A stretch of DNA of 64,000 nt from Opitutaceae bacterium. Lineage in GTDB: Bacteria; Verrucomicrobiota; Verrucomicrobiia; Opitutales; Opitutaceae. A program made the translations under genes and the position numbers. Positions 18,732-28,318 of this stretch are shown here, piece after piece. The first letter of the stretch is position 1. Every line of letters begins with the position of its first letter. Location of the stretch: NCBI GenBank assembly GCA_031379235.1, contig JANNEY010000083.1, positions 19,693 through 83,692 on the forward strand. The letters run 5' to 3'. The notes beneath the pieces were generated by a model that worked only from the letters and a program-made list of their open reading frames with translations, did not search any database and had not been told where the DNA came from.

Positions 18732-20105
18732 ATGAAGCTTTACCCCGCACTTGCCACCCTCGTCGCGTTGTCCGCGACCGTTCCCGCCCTCCCCGCAGCT
18801 GCCGCCCAGCCCAACATCGTTTTCATCCTCGCCGACGACATGGGCTACGGCGACCTCGGCTGCATGGGCGCGCCCGACATCAAGACGCCGAACATCGACC
18901 GCCTCGCCGCCGAGGGCGTGAAGTTCACCGATTTCTACGCCAACGCCCCTGTGTGCTCGCCCACGCGCACCGGCTTCATGACCGGCCGCTGGCAGCAGCG
19001 CGTTGGCCTCGAGTTCGCGTTTGGCTATCAGGTGGAGCAATCGCGTCGCGTAAATGGCGCGTGGGTGCCCGAGCCCGACATCCACGGCCTCGGCCTGCCG
19101 CTCGGCGAGGTCACCGTCGCCGACCGCCTCAAGGCCGCGGGCTACGCCACCGGCGCGTTTGGCAAATGGCACCTCGGCTACCGCGACGAATACAATCCCA
19201 CCAAGCGCGGCTTCGACGAATATTTCGGCGTCCTCACCGGCCACGCCGATTACTACCGGCACAACTACTACGACGGCACGGCCGTCCTCCGCGAAGGGAT
19301 GAAGCCCGTGAAACGCGAGGGCTACTTCACCGACCTCGTCAACGAGTGCGCGGTGAAATTCATCCGCGACCACGCGCAGCATCCGTTCTTCCTCTACGTG
19401 CCGCACCTCGCGGTGCACGGGCCCTTCCAGCCGCCCGACGCGCCCGGCACCCCGCCCGTCACGAAGGAGAACATGCTCCTTGGCACCCGCGCGATCTACC
19501 AGGCGATGCTCGAGCGCCTCGACCGCGGCGTGGGTGAAATCCTCGCCGAGCTCGATCGCCAGGGCCTCGCGGAAAACACCCTTGTCGTTTTCTCCAGCGA
19601 CAACGGCGGGGAGCGCTGGTCGCGCAACACCCCGCTCTTCCACCACAAGGCTACGCTTTGGGAGGGCGGCATCCGCGTCCCCTGCCTCATGCGCTGGCCC
19701 GCGAAACTCCCGCGCGGCGTCACCACCGCGCAGCCTGCGATCACAATGGATCTGCACGCGACATTCCTCGCCATGGCCGGCGTCGCCGCGCCGAAGGAAA
19801 AACCGCTCGACGGCCTCGACCTCCTGCCGCTGCTCACCGCGCCCGCCGGCACCGCGCCGCGCGAGCGCACATTTTTCTGGCGCATCGATCGCTCCAACCG
19901 CAAGCAGCGCGCGATCCGCGAGGGCCAGTGGAAATATCTCAACGACGGCAACACGATGGACCTCCTCTTCGACCTCGCCGCTGACATCGGCGAGCGCACC
20001 AACCTCAACTCCCGCCACCCCGAAATCGCCGCGCGCCTGAAAAAATCCCTCGCCGCGTGGGAAGCCGAGATGGACGCCACGCCGCGCGAGATCCTCGTGC
20101 GCTAA
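18732..20105 (+). CDS. Arylsulfatase-like sulfatase
   Basis: PNIVFILADDMGYGD, CSPTRTGFMTG, GKWHLG, SDNG. Confidence 0.93.
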   Translation: MKLYPALATLVALSATVPALPAAAAQPNIVFILADDMGYGDLGCMGAPDIKTPNIDRLAAEGVKFTDFYANAPVCSPTRTGFMTGRWQQRVGLEFAFGYQVEQSRRVNGAWVPEPDIHGLGLPLGEVTVADRLKAAGYATGAFGKWHLGYRDEYNPTKRGFDEYFGVLTGHADYYRHNYYDGTAVLREGMKPVKREGYFTDLVNECAVKFIRDHAQHPFFLYVPHLAVHGPFQPPDAPGTPPVTKENMLLGTRAIYQAMLERLDRGVGEILAELDRQGLAENTLVVFSSDNGGERWSRNTPLFHHKATLWEGGIRVPCLMRWPAKLPRGVTTAQPAITMDLHATFLAMAGVAAPKEKPLDGLDLLPLLTAPAGTAPRERTFFWRIDRSNRKQRAIREGQWKYLNDGNTMDLLFDLAADIGERTNLNSRHPEIAARLKKSLAAWEAEMDATPREILVR

Positions 20106-20159
20106 AAACGCCCAGCGCCTCAGTCAGTTGCTGGCGCCGCATCAGTTTCGTTTTTCGTG

Positions 20160-20288
20160 GTCATGGCGAGGGGCGGAGCGACGAAGCAATCCAGCCATTC
20201 GATAAGCCCACGGCCCCGAGCTCGGTCGAGGAAGTGAATAATTTCAGCTGGATTGCCGCGCCCGCCGGGCCGGGCTCGCAATGCCAAA
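20160..20288. repeat. Composite REP: core element split by a second palindromic repeat
   Basis: Left half GTCATGGCGAGG...GAAGCAATCCAGC and right half CAGCTGGATTGCC...CTCGCAATGCCA are separated by about 50 bp containing TTCGATAAGCCCACGGCCCCGAGCTCGGTCGAGG. Confidence 0.7.
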
Positions 20289-20359
20289 TCAAACTGCCCC
20301 GCGCCTCGTTTCAGGATTGTCCGCGGGTCGGCCCATGATTCGTATGCCAGGCAATCCCC

Positions 20360-21652
20360 ATGCCCGCCGCCTCTTCGCTCCACCCTACCTTCCTTGCTGT
20401 CGCAGTCCTCAGCATTGCACTGCTCAGCTCGGCTGCCCACGCCGCCGAAAACTGGCCGCAGTTCCGCGGACCGACCGGCGACGGGCACTCCGACGCCAAA
20501 AAACTGCCTCTGACTTTCAGCGAGACCGAGCACGTCAAGTGGGCGACCGAGATTCATGGCAAGGCCTGGTCGTCGCCCGTGATTTGGAAAAACCAAATCT
20601 GGCTCACCACCGCGACGCTCGACGGCAAGGAGCTCTCCGTCGTCTGCCTCGACAAGGCGACGGGCAAGATCATCCGCGACACCGTGCTCTTCCGCATCGC
20701 CGAGCCCCAGTTCTGCCACGCGTTCAACTCCTACGCCTCGCCCACGCCGGTGATTGAGGAAGGCCGGGTTTATGTGACCTTCGGCTCACCCGGCACGGCG
20801 TGCCTCGACACCAAGACCGGGAAGGTGCTCTGGCAGCGCACCGATTTTGTCTGCAACCATTTCCGCGCCGCCGGCTCCTCGCCGATTCTCCACGGCAATC
20901 TCCTGCTGATGCACTTTGACGGGAGCGACTTTCAATACGTCGTTGGCCTCGACAAGAAGACCGGCCGCACCGTCTGGAAGACCGACCGCTCCATCGACTT
21001 CAAGGATCTCGACGCCGAGGGCAAGCCGGCCATGCAGGGCGATCTGCGCAAGGGATTCTCCACGCCGCAGATCATCGTGCAGGACGGCAAGCCCGTGATG
21101 CTGAGCAGCGGGGCCAAGGCGCACTACGTCTACGATCCGTTGACGGGAAAAGAGATCTCCCGGCTCGAAGAGCGCGCGCAGCACAGCGCCAGCAGCCGGC
21201 CGGTCGTCGCGCACGGCATGGTTTTCCTCCAGACCGGCTTTGCCAAGAGCCAGCTCCTCGCCGTCAAGCTCGGTGGCCAAGGTCTGCTCGACGAGACGCA
21301 GGCTGTCGTCTGGCGGGAAAAGAAAAATATCCCCAACAAACCCTCGATCCTCGCCGTCGGCGATCTGCTCTTCCTCGTCGACGACACCGGCGTGGCGGCC
21401 TGCCTCGAGGCCAAGACCGGCGTCGAAGTGTGGCGCGAGCGCCTGCCCGGCGGCTACTCCGCCTCGCCGATCTACGCGGCGGGGCATATCTACTTTTTCA
21501 GCGAGGCGGGTCATGTGACGGTGCTCGCGCCGAGCCGCACCTTCACCAAGGTCGCAGAAAATAAATTTTCGGTCGGCTTCATGGCTTCGCCGGCCGTCTC
21601 CGGCAACGCGCTCTTCGTGCGCACGCGCACGCATCTCTACCGCGTGGAGTAG
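20360..21652 (+). CDS. PQQ-binding-like beta-propeller repeat protein, exported
   Basis: ENWPQFRGPTGDG, WSSPVI, GKVLW, GVEVW and YSASP repeats. Confidence 0.88.
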   Translation: MPAASSLHPTFLAVAVLSIALLSSAAHAAENWPQFRGPTGDGHSDAKKLPLTFSETEHVKWATEIHGKAWSSPVIWKNQIWLTTATLDGKELSVVCLDKATGKIIRDTVLFRIAEPQFCHAFNSYASPTPVIEEGRVYVTFGSPGTACLDTKTGKVLWQRTDFVCNHFRAAGSSPILHGNLLLMHFDGSDFQYVVGLDKKTGRTVWKTDRSIDFKDLDAEGKPAMQGDLRKGFSTPQIIVQDGKPVMLSSGAKAHYVYDPLTGKEISRLEERAQHSASSRPVVAHGMVFLQTGFAKSQLLAVKLGGQGLLDETQAVVWREKKNIPNKPSILAVGDLLFLVDDTGVAACLEAKTGVEVWRERLPGGYSASPIYAAGHIYFFSEAGHVTVLAPSRTFTKVAENKFSVGFMASPAVSGNALFVRTRTHLYRVE

Positions 21653-21660
21653 ATTTGTTG

Positions 21661-21748
21661 GAGGTGGAGCATGTTGCCCCCAACGCGCTGGCTCGTAAAG
21701 CATGGCTCGATTCGATTAAAGCGCGTTGGAGGCAACGCGCTCCACCTC
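21661..21748. repeat. Inverted REP doublet between convergent genes
   Basis: GAGGTGGAGCATGTTGCCCCCAACGCGCT ... AGCGCGTTGGAGGCAACGCGCTCCACCTC, inverted and each arm internally palindromic. Confidence 0.75.
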
Positions 21749-21790
21749 AAGGCGGGGTTCGGCGACCCCTCCCTTCATCAATCGGGGCAC

Positions 21791-22783
21791 TCAGCCCGTC
21801 CGCGGCCCAAAATCCTCCAGATACTGCGCGACGATCGTTTTGAGCGGCGGTGGTGGCGGGAGACCGAGCGCGAGCGCCCGCGCGCCATCCACGCTTACCG
21901 GCCAGTTGCTGACAATACCCTGGATGCGCGCGTCGAACGCGTCGGTGATCAGCCCGGCTTTGATCCCGCGCTCGACGGCGACTTCGCGCACGATCGCCTC
22001 AGCGAGTTTTGGCGTCACGCGATGCGCGGGCAAAACGTAGCCGCGATCATCGCCGAGCTTTGCCTCGGGCACCTCGTGCAACGCGACGAACGAATCGATC
22101 ACGGTGCGGTAGCCGGTCATCGGATGGCACTGGTCGCGGCGCACCGGGAGCGCGCAGGTCTCGCCATTGAGCGGCTCGCGAAACATTCCGCTCGCCCAGC
22201 TCGACGCCGCGGCGTTGGGCTTGCCCGGCCGCACGATCACGGTCGGCAGGCGCGCGGAACGGCCGTCGAAGAAGCCCTTGCGCGAATAGTCGTTCACCAT
22301 CAGTTCGCAAATCGCCTTGGTCATCCCGTAGGTGGTGCGCGGCGTGAGTTTCGTGCGATCGGTGTTCGGGTCCTGCATCGCCTCACCACCGTAGCACGCG
22401 ATGCTGCTCGCGAAGACCACGCGCGGCCGGCCCACCGCGGCGCGCGCCGCTTCGAAGACATTGCGCCCGCCGTCGAGATTCACGCGCAGCGCATCGTCGA
22501 AGCGTTCCTCACACTCCCCGCTCACCATCGAGGCCAGGTGGAAAATCGAGGTCGCCGCCTCGCTGCCAATCGCGGCCAAGACCGTCGCGCGATCGCCGAT
22601 ATCGCCCTTGACCTGGCGCACGCGCGGATCAGTCGCGGGCCGGTGAAACGCCGCATCAAGCAGCACAATTTCGCGAATCCGCTCGGGCTTGCCCCAGGGG
22701 CCGGTGAGTTCTCCGCGCTGGAGAAGTTTCTGACAAAGCTGCGAGCCGAGGAAGCCGCCGCCGCCGGTGATGATGACTTTCAT
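21791..22783 (-). CDS. NAD-dependent epimerase/dehydratase (extended SDR; D-erythronate dehydrogenase-like)
   Basis: ITGGGGFLG, FASSIACYG, TYGMTK (YxxxK), RLPTVIVRPGKPNAAASS. Confidence 0.85.
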   Translation of the reverse strand: MKVIITGGGGFLGSQLCQKLLQRGELTGPWGKPERIREIVLLDAAFHRPATDPRVRQVKGDIGDRATVLAAIGSEAATSIFHLASMVSGECEERFDDALRVNLDGGRNVFEAARAAVGRPRVVFASSIACYGGEAMQDPNTDRTKLTPRTTYGMTKAICELMVNDYSRKGFFDGRSARLPTVIVRPGKPNAAASSWASGMFREPLNGETCALPVRRDQCHPMTGYRTVIDSFVALHEVPEAKLGDDRGYVLPAHRVTPKLAEAIVREVAVERGIKAGLITDAFDARIQGIVSNWPVSVDGARALALGLPPPPPLKTIVAQYLEDFGPRTG

Positions 22784-22906
22784 GCGAGGTGCTGAGTTGG
22801 GTGAGAGAAGGGGCGCCCATTCACGACCAACATCGCGGCGGGCCGCAATGCTTGTCCTCGGCGTGGGTCCGAGACTCTGGTCGGGAAAGCAATCCGATGG
22901 GATCGA

Positions 22907-23030
22907 GTGTTTTCAAATTCTGCCATTGCGAGAAGCCACGCTCTGCGCGGCGCCGTGGTAATCCAGCTGGATCGCCACGGCGCACTTCGCGCACCTCGCG
23001 ATGACAATACATTTTGAAAACACGCCTTAG
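22907..23030. repeat. REP/MITE-like palindromic element, copy 2
   Basis: GTGTTTTCAAA...TTTGAAAACAC termini and the same core as 4126..4280. The right end overlaps the TAA stop of the M20 peptidase. Confidence 0.85.
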
Positions 23031-24319
23031 TCGACGAGTCCGACAATCTCGAGCAGGGCGAGAAACGCGCGCTGCGTGCCACGGTAGCTGTCCTTCGAAT
23101 CAAACTGCTCGTCGAGCGCATGATTCCCCGTGCCATCACCGCCGCTGCGCAGGGTGACGGCGGGAATGCCGAGGCTGATCGGGATGTTGGAATCGGTGCT
23201 GCTCGCGTCGAATCGCGACTGGATGCCGAGCGCGTTATCGGCCCGGCGCACCGCCTGCAGGATCGGGGCATCGTCCGAGACCCGTCCCGTGGGCCGTCGG
23301 CCCACGGTCTCGATCTTGGCTGAGACGGGCGTGCGGTTGTTAGTCACGCGCGCGAGAGGGTTGCGGCCGTGCGCCGCCCAGAATTCGTTTTCCTCCTTCA
23401 CCGCTGCTGCCACCGCGGCGCGAAACGCCGCATCGATCTTCTCGAGTTCGGCCGCGCTCACCGAGCGCATATCAATCTCCATCGTCGCCGTGCGCGCGAT
23501 CGAATTCACCGATGTGCCGCCGCCAATCATGCCGACGTTGAAGGTGGTCTTCGGCGTCTCCGGCACCTCAAAGCGCGCGATTTTTTCCATTGCCCGGCCG
23601 AGCGCGTGGATGGGATTCACGAGTCCGAACTGGCCATAGCTGTGGCCGCCCGCCGCCTCGAACGTCACACGGTAGCGATTGCTGCCCACGGCACCGCTGG
23701 CCGCACCGAGGCCCGTCCCGTCGAGCGAAACAAAATGCGTGATCTGCCCCTTGAGCTCTTTCTCGAAAAGATGCCGCACGCCCCGCAAGTCACCGAGCCC
23801 CTCCTCGCCGACCGTGGCGACAAAGACCACGGTGCCCTCGGTCGCAAATTTTCCCGCCTGCAGCACCCGAATCACCGCGAGCATCACCGCGAGTCCACGG
23901 CAATCGTCCGCGATCCCCGGGGCTTTCAAAATCGTGCCGATGCGCTTCACCTTCGTGTCCGTGCCGGCGGGAAAGACCGTGTCGAGGTGCGCGGAGAAGA
24001 CGAGCCGGGTCGTCGTATTCCGACCCGGGCGTTCGCCGAGCACGTTGCCCTCGGCATCAACGCGCACGTTTAGGAGGCCGAGCTCGAGAAATTTTTTTCG
24101 GAAATATTCTCCGCGCACCTTCTCCTCAAAGGGCGGTGCCGGAATCTCGCAAATCCGCACCTGCTCATCGAGCGTCTCCGGCTCGCTGATTTGGATCGAT
24201 TGGAGGGCCGACCGCACCGCCGAGCGATCCGCGACGGACGCCGCCTGGACGGCGACCGCCAAGCAGGCGGTGACGATGAACGTGAGCCGGACGAAAAACG
24301 AATGCGAGTGGTGCGACAT
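23027..24319 (-). CDS. M20/M25/M40 metallopeptidase (peptidase T/carboxypeptidase G2-like), exported
   Basis: SAHLDTVF, PGIADD, VGEEGLGD, GGHSYG, SSTDSN, GNHALDE. Likely start MSHHSH at 24319. Confidence 0.87.
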   Translation of the reverse strand: MSHHSHSFFVRLTFIVTACLAVAVQAASVADRSAVRSALQSIQISEPETLDEQVRICEIPAPPFEEKVRGEYFRKKFLELGLLNVRVDAEGNVLGERPGRNTTTRLVFSAHLDTVFPAGTDTKVKRIGTILKAPGIADDCRGLAVMLAVIRVLQAGKFATEGTVVFVATVGEEGLGDLRGVRHLFEKELKGQITHFVSLDGTGLGAASGAVGSNRYRVTFEAAGGHSYGQFGLVNPIHALGRAMEKIARFEVPETPKTTFNVGMIGGGTSVNSIARTATMEIDMRSVSAAELEKIDAAFRAAVAAAVKEENEFWAAHGRNPLARVTNNRTPVSAKIETVGRRPTGRVSDDAPILQAVRRADNALGIQSRFDASSTDSNIPISLGIPAVTLRSGGDGTGNHALDEQFDSKDSYRGTQRAFLALLEIVGLVD

Positions 24320-24355
24320 ACCACGAGCGTGAAGGAGTCGGCCTGAAGGTCGCAA

Positions 24356-24493
24356 GCCCGCCGCGGAGTCGGCGTGCTCGTGCTCTCAGGCGAGGCAACG
24401 GCGGCCGACGCCGCGCGCGCCACGCCCCCGCCCGAGCTCGTGCTCCCAAGTCTCGCCGAGCTCGGCGATTTGCTAGCTACGGCGCGTGCGTAA
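24356..24493 (+). pseudogene. Orphan C-terminal fragment of a HAD-IIA (NagD-like) hydrolase
   Basis: Reads GVGVLVLSGEATAADAARATPPPELVLPSLAELGDLLATARA*, like the C-terminus of NagD-family proteins. No upstream part is present. Confidence 0.5.
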
Positions 24494-24522
24494 CGCGACG
24501 CGCGCGGCCGCGCCCGCGCTCC

Positions 24523-26655
24523 TCAGTTGCCTGTCACCCAAGATTTCGCGGCAGCGTAGTCGAGCAAGGTGGCCATCAAGGGGCCGCGGCCCGAGTTATC
24601 CACGTCGTGCAAGCACTGGCAGGCCGCGATGACCCGGCCTTGGCCATGCGAATATTCGACAAAGGTCGGGCGGTCGTTGAACCGCTCGGTCCCCTTTGAT
24701 TCCACGGCGAGGACGAGCGCTTCGCTCGGCACGCCGGAAAGGTAACCGTGGCTCGCCGCGTTGGCGCGAATCGCCCGCTGGCTACCGAACGGCGCGAAGA
24801 TCGGATGGTTCGGGGCGATGATCGCGTTTTCGAGGCCGCCATGCGGTATCATCGTCACGCCGCGCGGCAGAACCACGGACGTGCCTTCGGCACCGTTGAG
24901 CTCGAGCAGCAAGGTGCCGCCCTTCGCGACGTAATCGTCGAACCGGGCCGCGTGGCGGATGTAGTCGGGATAAAATTCATTCTTTGGCTGCGCACCCGGC
25001 ACGATGATCGCGGTGTAGCGCGACAGATCCGCGTCCGCCATCGCGCTCGATCCTTTCAACTCGACCTCGTGGCCGACCGCTCGGAGCACATGCTCGAAAT
25101 CGGTCGGGCGTCCCCACGAGGGTGTGTTGCGAAAAACCAGAAAGGCGCCGGCCGGCCGCGGCTCAGGCTTCGCCGTCGCTGGCGGCGGCTGACCCGCCTT
25201 CGCCTGCACCATCGTCCAGAATCGGTTTTGCGCCCACACCGCCTTTTGGCCGTTGACGGTCAAGAATGTGACCATCGATTCGTCGTCGACGACGCGGAAG
25301 CGCTGCGCCCCCTCGGCGAGCAGGTTGACGCGCTTGCCGTCAACGTCGACTGCAAGGGCATTTTGATCGACGCGCACGTTGACGGTCGGGCCGCCATTGA
25401 GTGTCCGATACGAGCCGACATACCCCGCCTGCACCTGCGGATCGATCGACACGGATTTTCGCGCCACCGGCCGGAAATCGGGCCACTCGTATTCGTTGGC
25501 GATCGCGTGCTCGATCTCCTTGATCAAGGCCGCGCCGTTGTCCCCGTTCGTCATGACGACACAGCCGAGCCCGGAGGCGTAGGCGAAGAGGTGACACTTG
25601 AAACCCTCGTTGGCGCCACCGTGGTCGAAGCGGAGCGTGGCGTCCGCTCCCGTGACCCTGATGCCCAGTCCCATCGAATCGAGTTGTCGCGTCAGCATCT
25701 GCTGGGTCATCGCCGCCGAAATCACCTTGTTCGACTCACCGCGCAGCGACTGCTGCAGCTCGATCGCGAAGCGCGCGAGATCGGTGGGCGTCGTCCAAAG
25801 CCCGTCGGGCGCGAGCTCAGGATAAGCGTGCCATTTGCCGGCGATCGGCTTGCCGTCGCCGCGATGCGCGCGGGCGGCATTCGCCGTCCACGCAGCCGGC
25901 AACGGTTGCGCGAAGGTGCTGCGCGTCATGCCGAGCGGCTTTAGAACCGACGATTGCAGGAGCACCTCGAACGACTCTCCCGTGACATCGCGGACCATCT
26001 GGTGCATCACCACATACCCGCCGCCGGAGTAGCGCTCCAGCGTGCCGGGTTTTACGTCCACGCGAATGGCGCCGGAATTCGCCGGCCGCGCGCCATCGAG
26101 AATCTGCGCCAAGCTCGGGAGCGCTTCGCCTTCGGCGTAACCGCGAAATCCGTGGACGGTGAGCCCGGCCGTATGACTCAGCATCCGGCGTAGAGTCACC
26201 TTTTCCTCCGCCGTGAAAGCATTCGCCGGGACCTTCCACGTCTTGAGCACCTCATTGATATCCTGATCGAGCGAGAGCTGGCCCGCTTCGACCAAGCGCA
26301 GGAGCGCGAGCGCACTGACGGGTTTGCTGATCGAGGCCGCCTGAAACACCGTCTCGGCGTTCACCGGCACCGCGCCGCCGGCTTCCAGCGTGCCGTAGCC
26401 TTTGGCCCATTCGATCTTCCCGTCGTTGATCACGGCAATGCTCACGCCCGGCACGCGATGGTGCGCCATCCGCTCCGGCAGCGTCCACTTAATCGGGTGG
26501 CCCTCGGCAAAGACGCGGGGCGCAAGGCCTGCTTCGACGCGCGCGATGCGCTCAAGGTCCGCGGCGTGGCTTGCCGTCGCCAGCAGGCCGACGGCGCAAA
26601 ACACCGCGAAGGATCGAAATGAAGTCAGGGACGCGAAACGAAACGAATGATTCAT
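24523..26655 (-). CDS. Serine hydrolase (class C beta-lactamase fold) fused to a C-terminal class-I GATase-like domain
   Basis: PGVSIAVI, AASISKPV (SxxK), RYSGGGY, FDHGGANEGF. C-terminal domain: DLSRYTAIIVPG...YVAKGGTLL. Confidence 0.8.
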   Translation of the reverse strand: MNHSFRFASLTSFRSFAVFCAVGLLATASHAADLERIARVEAGLAPRVFAEGHPIKWTLPERMAHHRVPGVSIAVINDGKIEWAKGYGTLEAGGAVPVNAETVFQAASISKPVSALALLRLVEAGQLSLDQDINEVLKTWKVPANAFTAEEKVTLRRMLSHTAGLTVHGFRGYAEGEALPSLAQILDGARPANSGAIRVDVKPGTLERYSGGGYVVMHQMVRDVTGESFEVLLQSSVLKPLGMTRSTFAQPLPAAWTANAARAHRGDGKPIAGKWHAYPELAPDGLWTTPTDLARFAIELQQSLRGESNKVISAAMTQQMLTRQLDSMGLGIRVTGADATLRFDHGGANEGFKCHLFAYASGLGCVVMTNGDNGAALIKEIEHAIANEYEWPDFRPVARKSVSIDPQVQAGYVGSYRTLNGGPTVNVRVDQNALAVDVDGKRVNLLAEGAQRFRVVDDESMVTFLTVNGQKAVWAQNRFWTMVQAKAGQPPPATAKPEPRPAGAFLVFRNTPSWGRPTDFEHVLRAVGHEVELKGSSAMADADLSRYTAIIVPGAQPKNEFYPDYIRHAARFDDYVAKGGTLLLELNGAEGTSVVLPRGVTMIPHGGLENAIIAPNHPIFAPFGSQRAIRANAASHGYLSGVPSEALVLAVESKGTERFNDRPTFVEYSHGQGRVIAACQCLHDVDNSGRGPLMATLLDYAAAKSWVTGN

Positions 26656-27011
26656 GGCGGGCGGAGTGAGGTCGCGGCAAACGGGGCGGTTCGGCGGCAC
26701 GGGCCACACGAATCCGCGTTAAACATTAGCAGGCCATAGGAAGACCGAGGCCACGCGAACTTTGTTCGATCTTTATTTGGGCGTCATTAGAACGTGACGG
26801 ACGGCAGCGCCCCACCGTCGGCCCTAACAAGCCGCAGCCCTTCCCCTTCTGGCGCTCGTGGTTCACGACCCTGCGATCGTCGAGCGGCCCCTGGGGCGGA
26901 TTGGTCGTGCCGTGGGAGAAAAAGTGATCGCCGGTCGAGCCTCGGTAAGTAGGCAGAGGCGAACGTTTATTTTGGGCCTGCCTCGGTCGGCCTCAACTGC
27001 ACACTACTCCC

Positions 27012-28196
27012 ATGAGCCTCCGTCTGCGCACCCTACGCTTCGCGGTGGCAAGCGCTGCGGCGTTGCTCGTTTCCGGTGCAGTCGGGGACGCTGCGGACCC
27101 CAAAGCAGACTACGCGGCCCTAAAAAAACTCTACGACACGCAATCGCTGCCCAACGTTGAACGTGGCAGCGACGCGCATCTTGAGTGGGTGCAAGGCAAG
27201 TTTCGCGCGTTGCACGACCGCGGACTGGAATTCATCTCCACCTATCCGCAAAACCCGCTGCGCTGGGACGTGCTGGTGCTGCTGCAGTATGAGCGCGACA
27301 ACGATATCGTCCTCCGGGCTGACGGATCGAAAGCGGTCATGCCTCGTCCCATGGAAAGCGCCCTTTGGCGACAGAAGTATTTCACGAGGCTCTACGAGTT
27401 GCTTGAGGCGCCGGACGCCAGCAGCGCGGCGCGGCAGGAGGCACTGATTCAACTCATCGACTACTATTCCTACGCGGTGCGGAGCGGGAGCGTGGACGAC
27501 CCGAAAAACGGCATCGTGCCGTCGCTCTTGGAGTGGGTGCAGGCATTTCACGCGCTGAATCCCCGCTCGGGCAGGCTCGCCACCCTCTATCTCCGCGTTG
27601 CCCGCATGCTCGACGCCCTCGATCCCGTCCGATGCCGGCAATTCCTATCGGAGAAAAAGGCATTGCACACTTCCGAGCAGCACCCGGACCCCACCGTCCG
27701 CCGTTACGTCGAGAACTTCCAGCGCCTCATGCGCAACGAAGACCAACCCGCCACTGAGTTATGGGAACATCTGAGGCAATTCGACCCGACATTCACCGAT
27801 CTCTCGCCGTATCGCGACAAAGTCGTGCTCATCGCCTACCTTGCCGTCGACTGGACGAGCCATACGATGGTGCTGGAGGACCTCTATCGGAAATATCACG
27901 ACGCGGGTTTGGAGATAATTCAGATTGCCTATCACAACCGGAACGACGGCGCCCCGCTGGTCCAGCGGGACGAAGCGGCGATGAAGCGTCACGTGGCGGA
28001 AAAAAAGTGGCCATGGCGGGTGTTATGGGCCGTGACGCAATCTCCCAACGAATTCTACAGTTATTGGGGCCTGAACACCGTGCCCGCCTACCTCGTTGTC
28101 GGGCGCGATGGTCGTCTCGCGCGCGAAATTCCGGGCGAGTTGAAATGGGACATCAGACTCTCTCGGGAACTGTTTGGCTCTGAGCCCAAGCGCTAA
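27012..28196 (+). CDS. Exported protein with a C-terminal TlpA-like thioredoxin fold lacking CxxC
   Basis: DLSPYRDKVVLIAY...LEDLYRKYHDAGLEII...WPW...YWGLNTVPAYLVVGRDG matches TlpA/AhpC-TSA spacing, but the motif site reads AVDWTSH. Confidence 0.65.
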   Translation: MSLRLRTLRFAVASAAALLVSGAVGDAADPKADYAALKKLYDTQSLPNVERGSDAHLEWVQGKFRALHDRGLEFISTYPQNPLRWDVLVLLQYERDNDIVLRADGSKAVMPRPMESALWRQKYFTRLYELLEAPDASSAARQEALIQLIDYYSYAVRSGSVDDPKNGIVPSLLEWVQAFHALNPRSGRLATLYLRVARMLDALDPVRCRQFLSEKKALHTSEQHPDPTVRRYVENFQRLMRNEDQPATELWEHLRQFDPTFTDLSPYRDKVVLIAYLAVDWTSHTMVLEDLYRKYHDAGLEIIQIAYHNRNDGAPLVQRDEAAMKRHVAEKKWPWRVLWAVTQSPNEFYSYWGLNTVPAYLVVGRDGRLAREIPGELKWDIRLSRELFGSEPKR

Positions 28197-28318
28197 GGCA
28201 TCGAAAAGGATAGGAGCCGCCTGCTTTTATCCGGAACCCGTGCAAGGGCCAAGGTTCACACCTCTGCCCCATGCCTGCCGTGTTGCGTAGCCCGATCCGC
28301 GTTTAAGCGAGTGCCCCT

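Noticed and set aside
26710-26860. Integron attC/attI-like motifs (GTTAAAC at about 26718, CCCTAACAAGCCGC at about 26822)
   Set aside because: No complementary R'/R'' pair forming an attC hairpin around a gene, no repeated cassettes and no integron integrase in the window.
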